This document shows, piece by piece, positions 12,051-24,377 of a stretch of 64,000 bases of DNA. The notes under the pieces were generated by a model, which was given only the letters and a program-made list of their open reading frames with translations, was not told the DNA's origin and ran no database searches. This DNA is from Octopus sinensis. Taxonomy: Eukaryota. The position numbers were made by a program, and so were the translations under genes. Each line of letters begins with the position of its first letter. Positions within the stretch are counted from its first letter, which is position 1. The stretch is taken from assembly GCF_006345805.1 (NCBI RefSeq), contig NC_043026.1, positions 8,060,001 through 8,124,000 of the forward strand, read 5' to 3'.

Positions 12051-12987
12051 TACACCTGAAATTGTATAGTCCAAGATACACCACTGTCTGAATAAAAAAC
12101 AAGACGGTCACAGCTGGGACATCTTGAGGCCTACCAGATGAAAACTGACCCGGGGTTAAACAAGAATAACAAGGAAAGAAATATCAAATTATGCAGTGCT
12201 TGATGAATAAAGGAGGAGATGGTCAAAGCTGAGTTGTCTTTGATTATATACCTATTAGATCAAGAGTGACCTGGAGTTGAAAAGCAACAAGGAATTAGGC
12301 ATCCGTGCCGGTGGGACGTAAAAAGCACCGTCCGATCGTGGCCGTTGCCAGCCTCACCTGGCCCCCATGCCAGTGGCATGTAAAAAGCACCATCTGATCA
12401 TGGCCGTTGCCAGCCTCGCCTGGCCCCCGTGCCAGTGGCATGTAAAAAGCACCATCCGATCGTGGCTGTTGCCAGCCTCGCCTGGCCCCCGTGCTGGTGG
12501 CACGTAAAAAGCATCATTCAACCGTGGCCATTTGCCAGCACCGTCCGGCACATAAAAAGCACCCACTACACTCATGGAGTGGTTGGCATTAGGAAGGGCA
12601 TCCAGCTGTAGAAACATTGCCAGATCAGACTGGGCCTGGTGCAGCTTTCTGGCCTCCCAGACCCCACTTGAACCATCCAACCCATGCTAGCATGGAAAGC
12701 GGACGCTAAATGATGATGATGATGCTGATGATGATGTAGTCCCAGATACACTAAGTCTGAATAAAAGAGATGGTTATAGTTGGGTATCATTGATCATGAG
12801 AATGCTCGATCAGCATTGACCTAGGGCTAAATGACAACAAAGAAGGACACATTTGATAATGTAGTACAAGGTGTACCTTGACAGAATAAAAGACAGAATG
12901 ATCACAACTGGACCATCTATGATCATGTATCTGCTGGATTAGGACTGACCAGGGGTTCAACAAAGAAACAATGGCAGGGAAGAACAC

Positions 12988-13803
12988 GGATCTTTTCTGT
13001 TTGAACGGCACATGTCAACGCAATTTCTAGTTAACTAAACACTTTTAAACTTCGTATACTGGTAGAATGTGTTTATAAAACATCATTTTTTTCTTGGCTT
13101 TATTGAGAAAATTCTATAGTTTGTAAGATATTTCGTCTGAAATTTTGAGCATTTCGGCAATTTTAACCAATCGTTGACCTCCATTGACGTAAACAACATT
13201 CCATGCTGTATGAATATGTCCCTCGTTTAAGAAACAGATTGGGTTTATTTACATTTGCGAAGAAAAAAAGATACCTTTCCCCCACCCCTAACCTTAACCA
13301 TAACTCTAAACCTAACCCTAAAATAGATTGAAATGCAATAGATCGATACTAGGGCCTTAATTATGGGTGACATTTTCATTTGACACCGCTAGAAAAAAAT
13401 CCCATTTTCCATAGCGGTGTCATATGAAATGTCACCCATAATTATAACCCTAGTATCGATCTATTGCATTTCAATCTATTTTAGGGTTAGGTTTAGAGTT
13501 ATGGTTAAGGTTAGGGGTGAGGAAAGGTATCTTTTTTTCTTCGCAAATGTAAATAAACCCAATCTGTTTCTTAAACGAGGGACATATTCATACAGCACGG
13601 AATGTTTTCACCCCAAATGGAGGTCAGCGATTGGTTAAAATTGCCGAAATTAAAGTGGAAATATGTTACAAACTATAGAATTTTCTCAATAAAGCCAAGA
13701 TGAAAATGATGTTTTATAAACACATTCTACCAGTATACGAAGTTTAAAAGTGTTTAGTTAACTAGAAATTGTGTTGACAGGTGCCGTTCAAACGGAAAAG
13801 ATC
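12988..13803. mobile_element. Foldback, Mutator-like non-autonomous element, 816 bp; related right half at about 43440-43695
   Basis: About 400-bp inverted arms; 9-bp TSD gaagaacac (12979-12987, 13804-13812); internal TTAGGG-like motifs. Confidence 0.8.
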
Positions 13804-14059
13804 GAAGAACACATTAGATAGTGTAGTCCTAGCTACACTATGTCCGAATGAAAGGAGGTATGGTTATAGTGTCAACACCTTTTGTCATAAGTCTTCTGGA
13901 TTGATACAGATTAATACAACAAAGAAAGACACATTTGATAATGTAGTCCTAGATACACTATGCCAGGATAAAAGACAGGATGATCACAACTGGAACATCT
14001 TTGATCGTGTATCTGCTGGATTAGGACTGACCAGGGGTTCAACAAAGAAACAATGGCAG

Positions 14060-15120
14060 GGAAGAACACATTTGATAATGTAGTCCTAGATACACTATGC
14101 CAAGATAAAAGACAGGATAGCCACAGATGGAACGGCTTTGATCACAGGCCTGCCAGACAAGGACTAAGCAACAACAAGGAAGGACACATTTGATAATGTA
14201 GTCCTAGATACACTATGCCAGGATAAAAGACAGGATGGCCACAGATGGAACGGCTTTGATCATAGGCCTGCTGGATCAGGACTAAGCAACAACAAGGAAG
14301 GACACATTTGATAATGTAGTCCTAGATACACTATGCCAGAATAAAAGACAGGATGGCCACAGATGGAACGGCTTTGATCATAGGCCTGCTGGATCAGGAC
14401 TAAGCAACAACAAAGAAAGACACATTTGATAATGTAGTCCTAGATACACAATGCCAGAATAAAAGACAGGATGGCCACAGATGGAACGGCTTTGATCATA
14501 GGCCTGCTGGATCAGGACTAAGCAACAACAAAGAAAGACACATTTGATAATGTAGTCCTAGATACACTATGCCAGAATAAAAGACAGGATGGCCACAGAT
14601 GGAACGGCTTTGATCATAGGCCTGCTGGATCAGACTAAGCAACAACAAAGAAAGACACATTTGATAATGTAGTCCTAGATACACTATGTTCCAGAATAAA
14701 AGACAGGATGGCCACAGATGGAACGGCTTTGATCATAGGCCTGCTGGATCAGGACTAAGCACAACCATGAAGGACACATTGATAATGTAGTCCTAGATAC
14801 CTATGCCAGGATAAATGACAGGATGGCCACAGATGGAACGGCTTTGATCACAGGCCTGCTGGACCAGGACTAAGCAACAACAAGGAAGGACATATTTGAT
14901 AATGTAGTCCTAGATACACTATGCCAGAATAAAAGACAGGATGGCCACAGATGGAACGGCTTTGATCATAGGCCTGCTGGATCAGGACTAAGCAACAACA
15001 AGGAAGGACACATTTGATAATGTATTCCTAGATACACTATGCCAGAATAATAGACAGGATGGCCACAGATGGAACGTCTTTGATCATTCGTCTGCTGCAT
15101 CGGAACTGACTTGAAGCTAG
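14060..15120. repeat. 118-bp tandem satellite (about 9 near-identical units) inside a wider diverged field (12060-15270); more copies at 49300-49830
   Basis: acacatttgataatgtagtcctagatacac recurs at 14066, 14184, 14302, 14420, 14538... Confidence 0.9.
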
Positions 15121-15450
15121 ACAAGAACAAAGACGAGCACATTAGATAGTGTAGTCCGAGAGAGACTATGCCTGAATAAAAAAAAGGATGCAAACAAATG
15201 GAAAATCTTTGATCATAGGTCTGGTGGATCAACACTGACCTGGGATTAAACAGTAGCAACGATGATGTAGTCCATATATACACTAGGTGCAGGAGTGGCT
15301 GTGTGGTAAGTAGCTTGTTTACCAACCACATGGTTCCGGGTTCAGTCCCACTGCGTGGCACCTTGGGCAAGTGTATTCTACTATAGCCTCGGGCCGACCA
15401 ATGCCTTGTGAGTGGATTTGGTAGACGGAAACTGAAAGAAGCCCGTCGTA

Positions 15451-15482
<32 letters not shown>

Positions 15483-17222
15483 GAAACATTGTAGAAACAT
15501 TGCCAAATTAGACTGGAGTCTGGTGCAGCCTTCTGGCTTCCCAGAACCCCGGTCGAACCGTCCAACCCATGCTAGCATGGAGAACGGACGTTAAACGACG
15601 ATGATGATGATGATGATGATATATATATAGGCGCAGGAGTGGCTGGTGTGGTAAGTAGCTTGCTAACCAACCACATGGTTCCGGGTTCAGTCCCACTGCA
15701 TGGCACCTTGGGCAAGTGTCTTCTGCTATAGCCTCGGGCTGACCAAAGCCTTGTGAGTGGATTTGGTAGACGGAAACTGAAAGAAGCTTGTCAAATATAT
15801 GCTATAGATATGTGTGTGTGGTGTGTTTGTGGTTGTGTTTGTCCCCCTAGCATGCTTGACAACCGATGCTGGTGTGTTTATGTCCCCGTCACTTAGCGGT
15901 TCGGCAAAAGGGACCGATAGAATAAGTACCAGGCTTACAAAGAATAAGTCCTGGGATCGAGTTGCTCGACTAAAGGCGGTGCTCCAGCATGGCCGCAGTC
16001 AAACGACTGAAACAAGTAAAAGAGTAAAAGAGAGTATGCTGTTACTGACAAAACACAATGCTAATAGCTAGAACACATTTCATCATAAGGTCTGCAGCCT
16101 CAGGGCTGGCCATGGGCTAAACGACCACTACAGCAAACGCAGCAGCAGCAGCAGTAGTTAGTAGTAGCAGCAGCACTAATTCAACAACAGCTCACATGCA
16201 CATGAAACATGTCTAATCTAGGATCATCTACGTCTGTTAGCAGGAAGCTAAAAATGTAAATGTGACGTTAACTAAGGGAGCTGGCAATCACCGTGGATGA
16301 GAACAAAGAAGCAGGCAGGGATGATAGGGTTGTGAAAGGAAAGGGGGGTCGGGGGGTCGGGGGTCAGTTCTATAAGTCTATGGAAGTGAGGTACACATCA
16401 GATCAGAACCCAGGCTACCCTGGGGGGTAGATGATGTTAATGTTTCCAAACTTCAGAAGAAATAAAGAAAATGGGGGGGGGGGGAAAAAAAAAAAAAAAC
16501 AAAAAAAAAAAAACAAGCTGAGAAAACCCAAAAAAAAAAAACAAACATACAAAAATAAACAATTAAAAAGGTAAAAAAAAAAAAAAAAAAAAAATGCAAA
16601 TGACATCCTGTAATGGCTTTACCTTGAATGTGAATTCGTGAATTAAATCGTGCTGGAATTAAAGAACAATCATTGACACTTTGGTCTCTAGATTATATTG
16701 TAGGGACGAGGGTATAGGTATATATATATATATATATGTATGTGTGCGTGTAGTCGTCACTAAAATGACGGAGGGTGCTAGTCAGCACAAGTATTGCTAG
16801 AAATAGGAGTCGAAGCAACTCTTAGCTACATGAGAGAGCGCTTTTCCAACAACTGACAATTGATTTCACATGGCAAAGAGTTGCTTTGACTCCTATTTCT
16901 AGCAATGCTGGTGCTGACTAACATCCTCTATCACTTTAGTGGCGACTATACTTGGGCCTTTCGGTTGCAAATTACGAATCACCACCTTAGTAATTTACAA
17001 TATCTACATACAGGTCGTCATCATCTTAGACCAAAACTGGGTCCGACTGGTCATAAGTCGATTTGGTCCTAAGTCGGCCTGTAGGTCCACATAGTTTTGT
17101 TTTATATTTTTACATTCTTGAGGTACATTCTCAGGTAAAAGTCACACACAGCATTTTGTATTCCAGTTCTATATTTAAGAGATGAGGAATTATGTACATT
17201 ATTTACATTAGATGGATATTTG

Positions 17223-18645
17223 AGCAAGGTCTGGAGAGAGTAGAGACATCAGACTTGCTACCAAATGCAGATTGGTGAATGCAATTGTCTTCCCAATAGC
17301 AACATATGGATGCGAGACCTGGACACTAAAGAAAGCTGACCAGACGAGAATTAATGCATTCGAGCTTTGGTGTTGGAGAAGACTTTTGCGGATTCCATGG
17401 ACAGCAAGGCTCACCAATGGAGAAGTTCTTAAGCAGAAGCTAGGATCACCAAGTATAGATTGGCATATTTCGGTCATATTATGCGGAGAAAATCCCTGGA
17501 GAAGGACATCATGCTCGGAATGGTCAGTGGCAAGAGAGGAAGAGGCCGACCAATGGAGAAGTTCTTAAGCAGATAAGGCTGAAAATGTCGCTAGAGGCTA
17601 GGATCACCAAGCATAGATTGGCATATTTCGGTCATATTATGCAGAGAAAATCCCTGGAGAAGGACATCATGCTCGGAATGGTCAGTGGCAAGAGAGGTAG
17701 AGGCCAACCAATGGAGAAGTTCTTAAGCAGATCAGGCCGAAAATGTCGCTAGAAGCTAGGATCACCAAGCATAGATTGGCATATTTCGGTCATATTATGC
17801 GTAGAAAATCCCTGGAGAAGGACATCATGCTCGGAATGGTCAGTGGCAAGAGAGGAAGAGGCCGACCAATGGAGAAGTTCTTAAGCAGATAAGGCCGAAA
17901 ATGTCGCTAGAGGCTAGGATCACCAAGCATAGATTGGCATATTTCGGTCATATAATGCGGAGAAAATCCCTGGAGAAGGACATCATGCTAGGAATGGTCA
18001 GTGGCAAGAGAGGAAGAAGCCGACCAATGGAGAAGTTCTTAAGCAGATCAGGCCGAAAATGTCGCTAGAAGCTAGGATCAGCAAGCATAGATTGGCATAT
18101 TTCGGTCATATTATGCGGAGAAAATCCCTGGAGAAGGACATCATGCTCGGAATGGTCAGTGGCAAGAGAGGAAGAGGCCGACCAATGGAGAAGTTCTTAA
18201 GCAGATCAGGCCGAAAATGTCGCTAGAAGCTAGGATCACCAAGCATAGATTGGCATATTTCGGTCATATTATGTGGAGAAAATCCCTGGAGAAGGACATC
18301 ATGCTTGGAATGGTCAGTGGCAAGAGAGGAAGAGGCCGACCAATGGAGAAGTTCTTAAGCAGATCAGGCCGAAAATGTCGCTAGAAGCTGGGATCACCAA
18401 GCATAGATTGGCATATTTCGGTCATATTATGCGGAGAGAATCCCTGGAGAAGGACATCATGCTTACAATGGTCAGTGGCAAGAGAGGAAGAGGCCGACCA
18501 AGAACCCGCTGGCTTGACACCATCAGGAGTGATACCGGAATGGACATAGCCAATCTGAAGGAAGCGGCCCAGGATAGAACTGACTGGAGGACACTGATCC
18601 ATTGAGTAACCGAGAGTCGACTTCGACTGAGCAGATTGAGAGAGA
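17223..18645 (+). mobile_element. 5'-truncated RTE-clade LINE with a seven-fold internal 158-bp duplication
   Basis: IVFPIATYGCETWTLKK...LAYFGHIMRR...RGRGRPRTRWLD; (GA)n tail; 9-bp TSD ggatatttg (17214-17222, 18646-18654). Confidence 0.9.
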
Positions 18646-19159
18646 GGATATTTGTTCTCATCTTGTTTGTTGTTAACACGTTTCGGCTGATATACCCTCC
18701 AGCCTTCATCAGGTGTCTTGGGGAAATTTCTCATTCCTAAGGTATGTTGTTGTTATAATTATTATTATTATTATTATTATTATCATTATTATTCAGGTCA
18801 CTGCCTGGAATCGAACTCGGAATCTTGGGGTTAGTAGCCTTCGCTCTTAACCACTACACCATGTGTTATTCGTTTACCGTCTCAAGCAGTCATCTAATAA
18901 ACAAATACGAGGTTGCCTCGATGTCTCCGCGACAGGATTTTCATCCAACACTTGGGATAACCACAGTGGTGATCAAAATCCAAACCTAGGGCAGGTGTTT
19001 GTTAGATGACGTCATCTGTAGACAGGTTGATTTCTAAGAAATTAAACCCATTAGATTTCAACTGGACTATACATTACTGCTGCCAGGAGCTGGCATGACA
19101 ATCGTTGTAAGGTCGATCGGTCGTAAGTCGGATAGGTCATAAGTCAACAACGATCTGTA

Positions 19160-19219
<60 letters not shown>

Positions 19220-19225
19220 TATATA

Positions 19226-19838
19226 AAAACATTTAAATAATGAGGGAGATAAATTGAATATTAATTTAATTAATATCAATTTAAAACCAGTAGCCTAGCA
19301 CACAAAAATTTGAAAAATCAGAGAAAATTCTAATACATGTGTATATTTAAAGGGCTAAAAGCCACTAGGTGGTCAGCCGTATGCTAGAAGTCGACCACTT
19401 ACTATCAAACTACAAAGAAAAGAATGTTCTCTATAGGAAAATTCAGCAGACACCAGAACAAAATGCGGGCAAGACAGATGAAAATTATATAAAAAACCAG
19501 AATTACTCACAGACCGGCGGTTTTGACCATTAACGAATGAATCACTTACGTAATCCCTCGTCCGTAGGTTTTTTTATATAATTTTCATCTGTCTTACCTG
19601 CATTTTGTTCTGGTGTCCGCTGAATTTTCCTATAGAGAACATTCTTTTCTTGGTAGTTTGATCATAAGTGGTCGACTTCTAGCATACGGCTGACCACCTA
19701 GTGGTTTTTAGCCCTTTAAATATACACAGTATTAGAATTTTCTCTGATTTTTCAGATTTTTGTATGCTAAGCTACTGGTTTTAAATTGATATTAATTAAA
19801 TTAATATTCAATTTATCTCCCTCATTATTTAAATGTTT
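19226..19838. mobile_element. Inverted-repeat element of the 2420-2722 family; spacer holds the 3' half of a hammerhead
   Basis: Arms about 19226-19493 and 19569-19838; (TA)n on both sides. Confidence 0.75.
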
Positions 19839-21643
19839 ATATATGTATATATATATATATATATATGTATATATTACGTTTATATATTTGTTTTGCAAGA
19901 TTTTTTATGCGAAATCGTAAGTTGAAACAGATATTGTTGTATTTAGGAATGGTCATTTTGCCAGTTTAGCCAATAAAAACACACGCACTATATATTTGGC
20001 TGACCGTAAGTAAGGAGAGACACTCAAATAAAAAAGAAGAAAGCAAAGGACCACCGATGAGGTCACAGGAGTGTGACGAAAGAACTCTGGCCGAAATAAG
20101 ATTAAGATCAATGTAAAAAATACATAACGCTGAAGCAAAGTAACGCCAAATATATAATGTGTGTGTTTTTATTGGCTAAACTGGCCAAATGACCATTCCT
20201 AAATACAACAATATATATATATATAGACACACACCACACGCACACATATTTAAGTCACAATATATGAAATTATGTAATCTTGTATTATTTGTTAAAAAGC
20301 TCTTTAATGCATTATTCTACAAGACATACAGAATACGCAGCATGAGACAAAAGGAAACGATAGGAAATGAATAAAGTTACAAATGACAGAGAAATAGTTT
20401 GATGAAATTTTATTTAACAATAAGAGAATTCTAATATCACAAACCAATTGTTTCATAACTTAAAAACATGTAAATACTCTTTACTCTTTTACTTGTTTCA
20501 GTCATTTGACTGCGGCCATGCTGGAGCACCGCCTTTAGTCGAGCAAATCGACCCCGGGACTTATTCTTTGTAAGCCCAGTACTTATTCTATCGGTCTCTT
20601 TTGCCGAACCGCTAAGTGACGGGGGACGTAAACACACCAGCATCGGTTGTCAAGCAATGCTAGGGGGAACAAACACAGACACACACACATACATATATAT
20701 ATATACAAAATACGACAGGCTTCTTTCAGTTTCCGTCTACCAAATCCACTCACAAGGCTTTGGTCGGCCCGAGGCTATAGTAGAAGACACTTGCCCAAGG
20801 TGCCACGCAGTGGGACTGAACCCGGAACCATGTGGTTGGCAAGCAAGCTACTTACCACAAAGCCACTCCTGCACCTATAATTTATATTATTATATTTACT
20901 AATAAATAAATTACTTCCATGCCTGCATTAACGCAGAAGACAAAAAAAATCCTTCAAAATAATGCAGAATTTAAGTGTAAGTTAAGAAATGGTGATGAAT
21001 ATATTGGTTATAGAAAATACTCCAACACTGAAGTGTGTGTGTCTGTGTGTATATATGTCTGAGTGTGTGTGTTTTCGTAAACTTTCCTTTTATATAACAC
21101 GCGCTCACGTGGTCTCACTTTGATCCTATATTCTTATTTCTTTACTACCCACAAGGGGCTACACACAGAGGGGACAAACAAGGATAGACAAACAGATTAA
21201 ATCGATCCCAGTGCGTAACTGGTACTTATTTAATCGACCCTGAAAGGATGAAAGGCAAAGTCGACCTCGACAGAATTTGAACTCAGAACGTATCGACAGA
21301 CGAAATACCGCTGAGCATTTCGCCCGGTGCGCTAACATTTCTGCCAGCTCACCGCCTTATCCTATATTCCTTTGATCCTATATTCTACCACTACCAACTC
21401 TTACCTTTCCTCGACGGACACTAACCTCTCCATTGGACATTTTACCTCTAAGGACACCTACCCTCTGGCTGCACCTCACCTCTCCTAAACGGATTAAAGT
21501 GACTTTGTTATTGATGTGAAATCCTTGAAATACACCACGACGTCTACAAACTTTTAACCTTGAACTTGTTCGTGTGTTGGGGGCACCTTCATTTTGGATA
21601 GATCGTTAGCTCCTACACGCATTTTTTATTCTCTCCTTGTTTA

Positions 21644-21681
21644 TCTTTCTGTCGAAGAGCGTAGGCTCGAAACGTAAAAGA
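21644..21681 (+). ncRNA. Variant minimal hammerhead (A6U, extra A after A9); degenerate relatives at 6735-6772 and 21994-22031
   Basis: tcttt-CTGTCGA-A-gagc-gtag-gctc-GAAA-C-GTA-aaaga; loop-less palindromic ACGT stem III. Confidence 0.6.
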
Positions 21682-22115
21682 CTTGTTCTATTTCTATTCC
21701 TGAGCGCCATACTAATACATTTGTTTCTTTGTACTCCACCCGCCTTCGTCTTTTGTTTATTTTCGTAAACCTTCCCATTATATATCACGCGCTCACGTGG
21801 TCTCACTTTAATCCTATATTCTACCACTACCTAACTCTTACCCTCTGGCTGCACCTCTCCTATACGGATCAAAGTGACTTTGTTATTGATGTGAAATCCT
21901 TGAAATACACCACGACGTCTACAAACTTTTGAACTGTTCGTAAAAACTGTCCCTTTCGTTTTCACTTTATTTTTTTCATATTTTTCTCACATATCTTTCT
22001 GTCGAAGAGCGTAGGTTCGAAATGGAAAAGACTTTTTCTATTCCTGAACACTATACAAATACATTTGTTGTTTGTACTCCACTGCCTTCGTCTTGTTTAT
22101 TTTATAAACTCTCCC

Positions 22116-22187
<72 letters not shown>

Positions 22188-22319
22188 ACATACAATTAAG
22201 GACTGAACACGAAAAGTGGACAGTCAACATGCTAGATAGACATCAAATCACCATTCTCAGAAAGAGTATGTTCTCAAATAAAACTCAGCACAAAACCAAA
22301 GCATTGTATTTATAACAGA

Positions 22320-22384
22320 CCATGCTGATGAGATTACAGTTTATCCTTGCGGATAATAATAATCGAAACTGATTCATTACATGG
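22320..22384 (+). ncRNA. Hammerhead motif, intact core, mismatch in stem III (UUA site)
   Basis: ccatg-CTGATGA-gatta..(ttatcc ttgc ggataa)..taatc-GAAA-ctgattca-TTA-catgg. Confidence 0.7.
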
Positions 22385-22746
22385 GTAATTATTTTATTTC
22401 GTATATTTTCATTTGTCTTGTTTAATGCTTTGGTTTTGTACTGAGTTTTATTTGAGAACATACTCTTTGTGGAGAATGGCGATTTGACGTCTATATCTAG
22501 CATGTTGACTGTCCACTTTTCGTGCTCAGTCCTTAATTTGTATGTAAAAATATTTTAATCTTCGGATTCTTTTTATATGCTAGACCACTGGTTTTTAATG
22601 CTAATACCAATTTCTACCCTTAATTTATTATATCTATATATATATATATATATATATATTTAATTTATAGAAGGAGCTTCTACAGGACTAGAACTGTTTT
22701 ATTCAAAAGAAATCATCAGGAAGCTAGGTGACAAGAGGTGTCACCT

Positions 22747-22795
22747 AGCTTCCTGATGATTTCTTTGAATGAAACAGTTCTAGTCTGTAGAAGCT
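22747..22795 (+). ncRNA. Hammerhead motif, intact core, GUA site; minus-strand mirror at 22675-22725 has G12A
   Basis: agcttc-CTGATGA-tttctttgaat-GAAA-cag-ttctagt-ct-GTA-gaagct. Stem II is weak (U.U closing pair). Confidence 0.72.
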
Positions 22796-23244
22796 CCTTC
22801 TATAAATAAATTATTTAATTTACTCTGCTATGTATTGAGTACCTTATTACTGTGGTTAACCCCGACTCAAACCGGGACCTACATATATATATATAATAAT
22901 ATATATATATATATAAATATATATAATGAATCTAAGTTCTTTCAATGAGTCATCTGTACATGTATTAACCTACATACTCTAAATTTTGTGTATGCATATG
23001 AACAGTTATTTATTTGGGGATTCATCACATGCCTTTGTATACATAAATATATACACATGGATTTCTAAATCTACATATTTCTGGGAGTGACTTTCCCAAC
23101 CACATAGTTCCAGGTTCAATCCCACAGTGTGGTACCTTGGACAAATGTTTTCTACTATAGCCTCCGGCTCACTGAAGCCCCGTGAGTGGATTTTGTAGAC
23201 AAAAACCGAATGAATCCCATCATGTGTATGTGTGTGTATGTATG

Positions 23245-23285
<41 letters not shown>

Positions 23286-23296
23286 ATGTATATATC

Positions 23297-23337
<41 letters not shown>

Positions 23338-23338
23338 G

Positions 23339-23377
<39 letters not shown>

Positions 23378-23930
23378 GTGTGTATGTGTTTGTGTGCCTG
23401 TGTCTGTCCTCCACCAACACTTGACAACCAGTGGGGGTTTGTTTATGTCCCCGTAAATTAACGATTAGGCAAAAGGGACCAATAGAATTAGCACCAGGCT
23501 TAACAAAAAAAATAATAAGTACTGGGGTAGATTCAAAACAAACTGCTCAAGGCAGTGCCCCAGCATGGCCACAGTCTATTGACTGAAACAAGAGATATAT
23601 ATATCTTTTTTGCTGAACTGCTAAGTCAGGGGGGGGTGTAAACAAACCAACAACAGTCATCAAACACTGGGGAGGGAGGACGGACACACACACACACCCA
23701 AAAACAGTTCAAATTTATCAAAAAAAAAACAAAAGACAAAGACAGGTAAAGGAAGAAGCAGGTGAATTAGTTAAAACTTGGGGAAAATGGAAAAGCCTTT
23801 GACATTTCGAGTCTCTGCTCGAAGACAGAAAGGATTGAGAGGGGAAAAAAAAAACTGAAGGAAAAGAACGAAAAAATGTGTAAGGATTAAGGTTCAACTG
23901 AAAAAATAATTTGTATATATATATATTATA

Positions 23931-23961
<31 letters not shown>

Positions 23962-23963
<2 letters not shown>

Positions 23964-24377
23964 CGCAGGAGTGGCTGTGTGGTAAGTAGATTGCTAACCA
24001 ACCACATGGTTCCGGGTTCAGTCCCACTGCGTGGCATCTTGGGCAAGTGTCTTCTGCTATAGCCCCGGGCCACCAATGCCTTGTGAGTGGATCTGGTAGA
24101 CGGAAACTGAAAGAAGCCTGTCGTATATATGTATATATATATATATTGTATGTGTGTGTGTTTGTGTATGTGTCTGTGTTTGTTCCCTTAGCATTGCTTG
24201 ACAACCGATGCTGGTGTGTTTACGTCCCCGTCACTTAGCGGTTCGGCAAAAGAGGCCGATAGAATAAGTACTGGGCTTACAAAAAGAATAAGTCCGGGGG
24301 TCGAGTTGCTCAATTAAAGGCGGTGCTCCAGCATGGCCGCAGTCAAATGACTGAAACAAGTAAAAGAGTAAAGAGTA
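23962..24377 (+). mobile_element. Abundant tRNA-derived SINE (ggcgcaggagtggc...aaaagagta); copies near 8735, 15285, 15630, 20470, 27170, 30180, 39765, 43027, 47184, 51230, 58721, 59355
   Basis: tRNA-like head, central (TA/TG)n spacer, conserved tail; more than 15 copies on both strands. Confidence 0.85.

Larger units (their letters stand above)
22186..22880. mobile_element. Two adjacent palindromic hammerhead elements (22186-22547 plus tail; 22663-22807 plus tail) separated by (TA)n
   Basis: Arms read directly; the second has a 5-nt loop at 22734-22738. Confidence 0.75.

Noticed and set aside
14060-18497. CRISPR-like arrays
   Set aside because: Pure tandem repeats without unique spacers; eukaryotic context and no cas genes.
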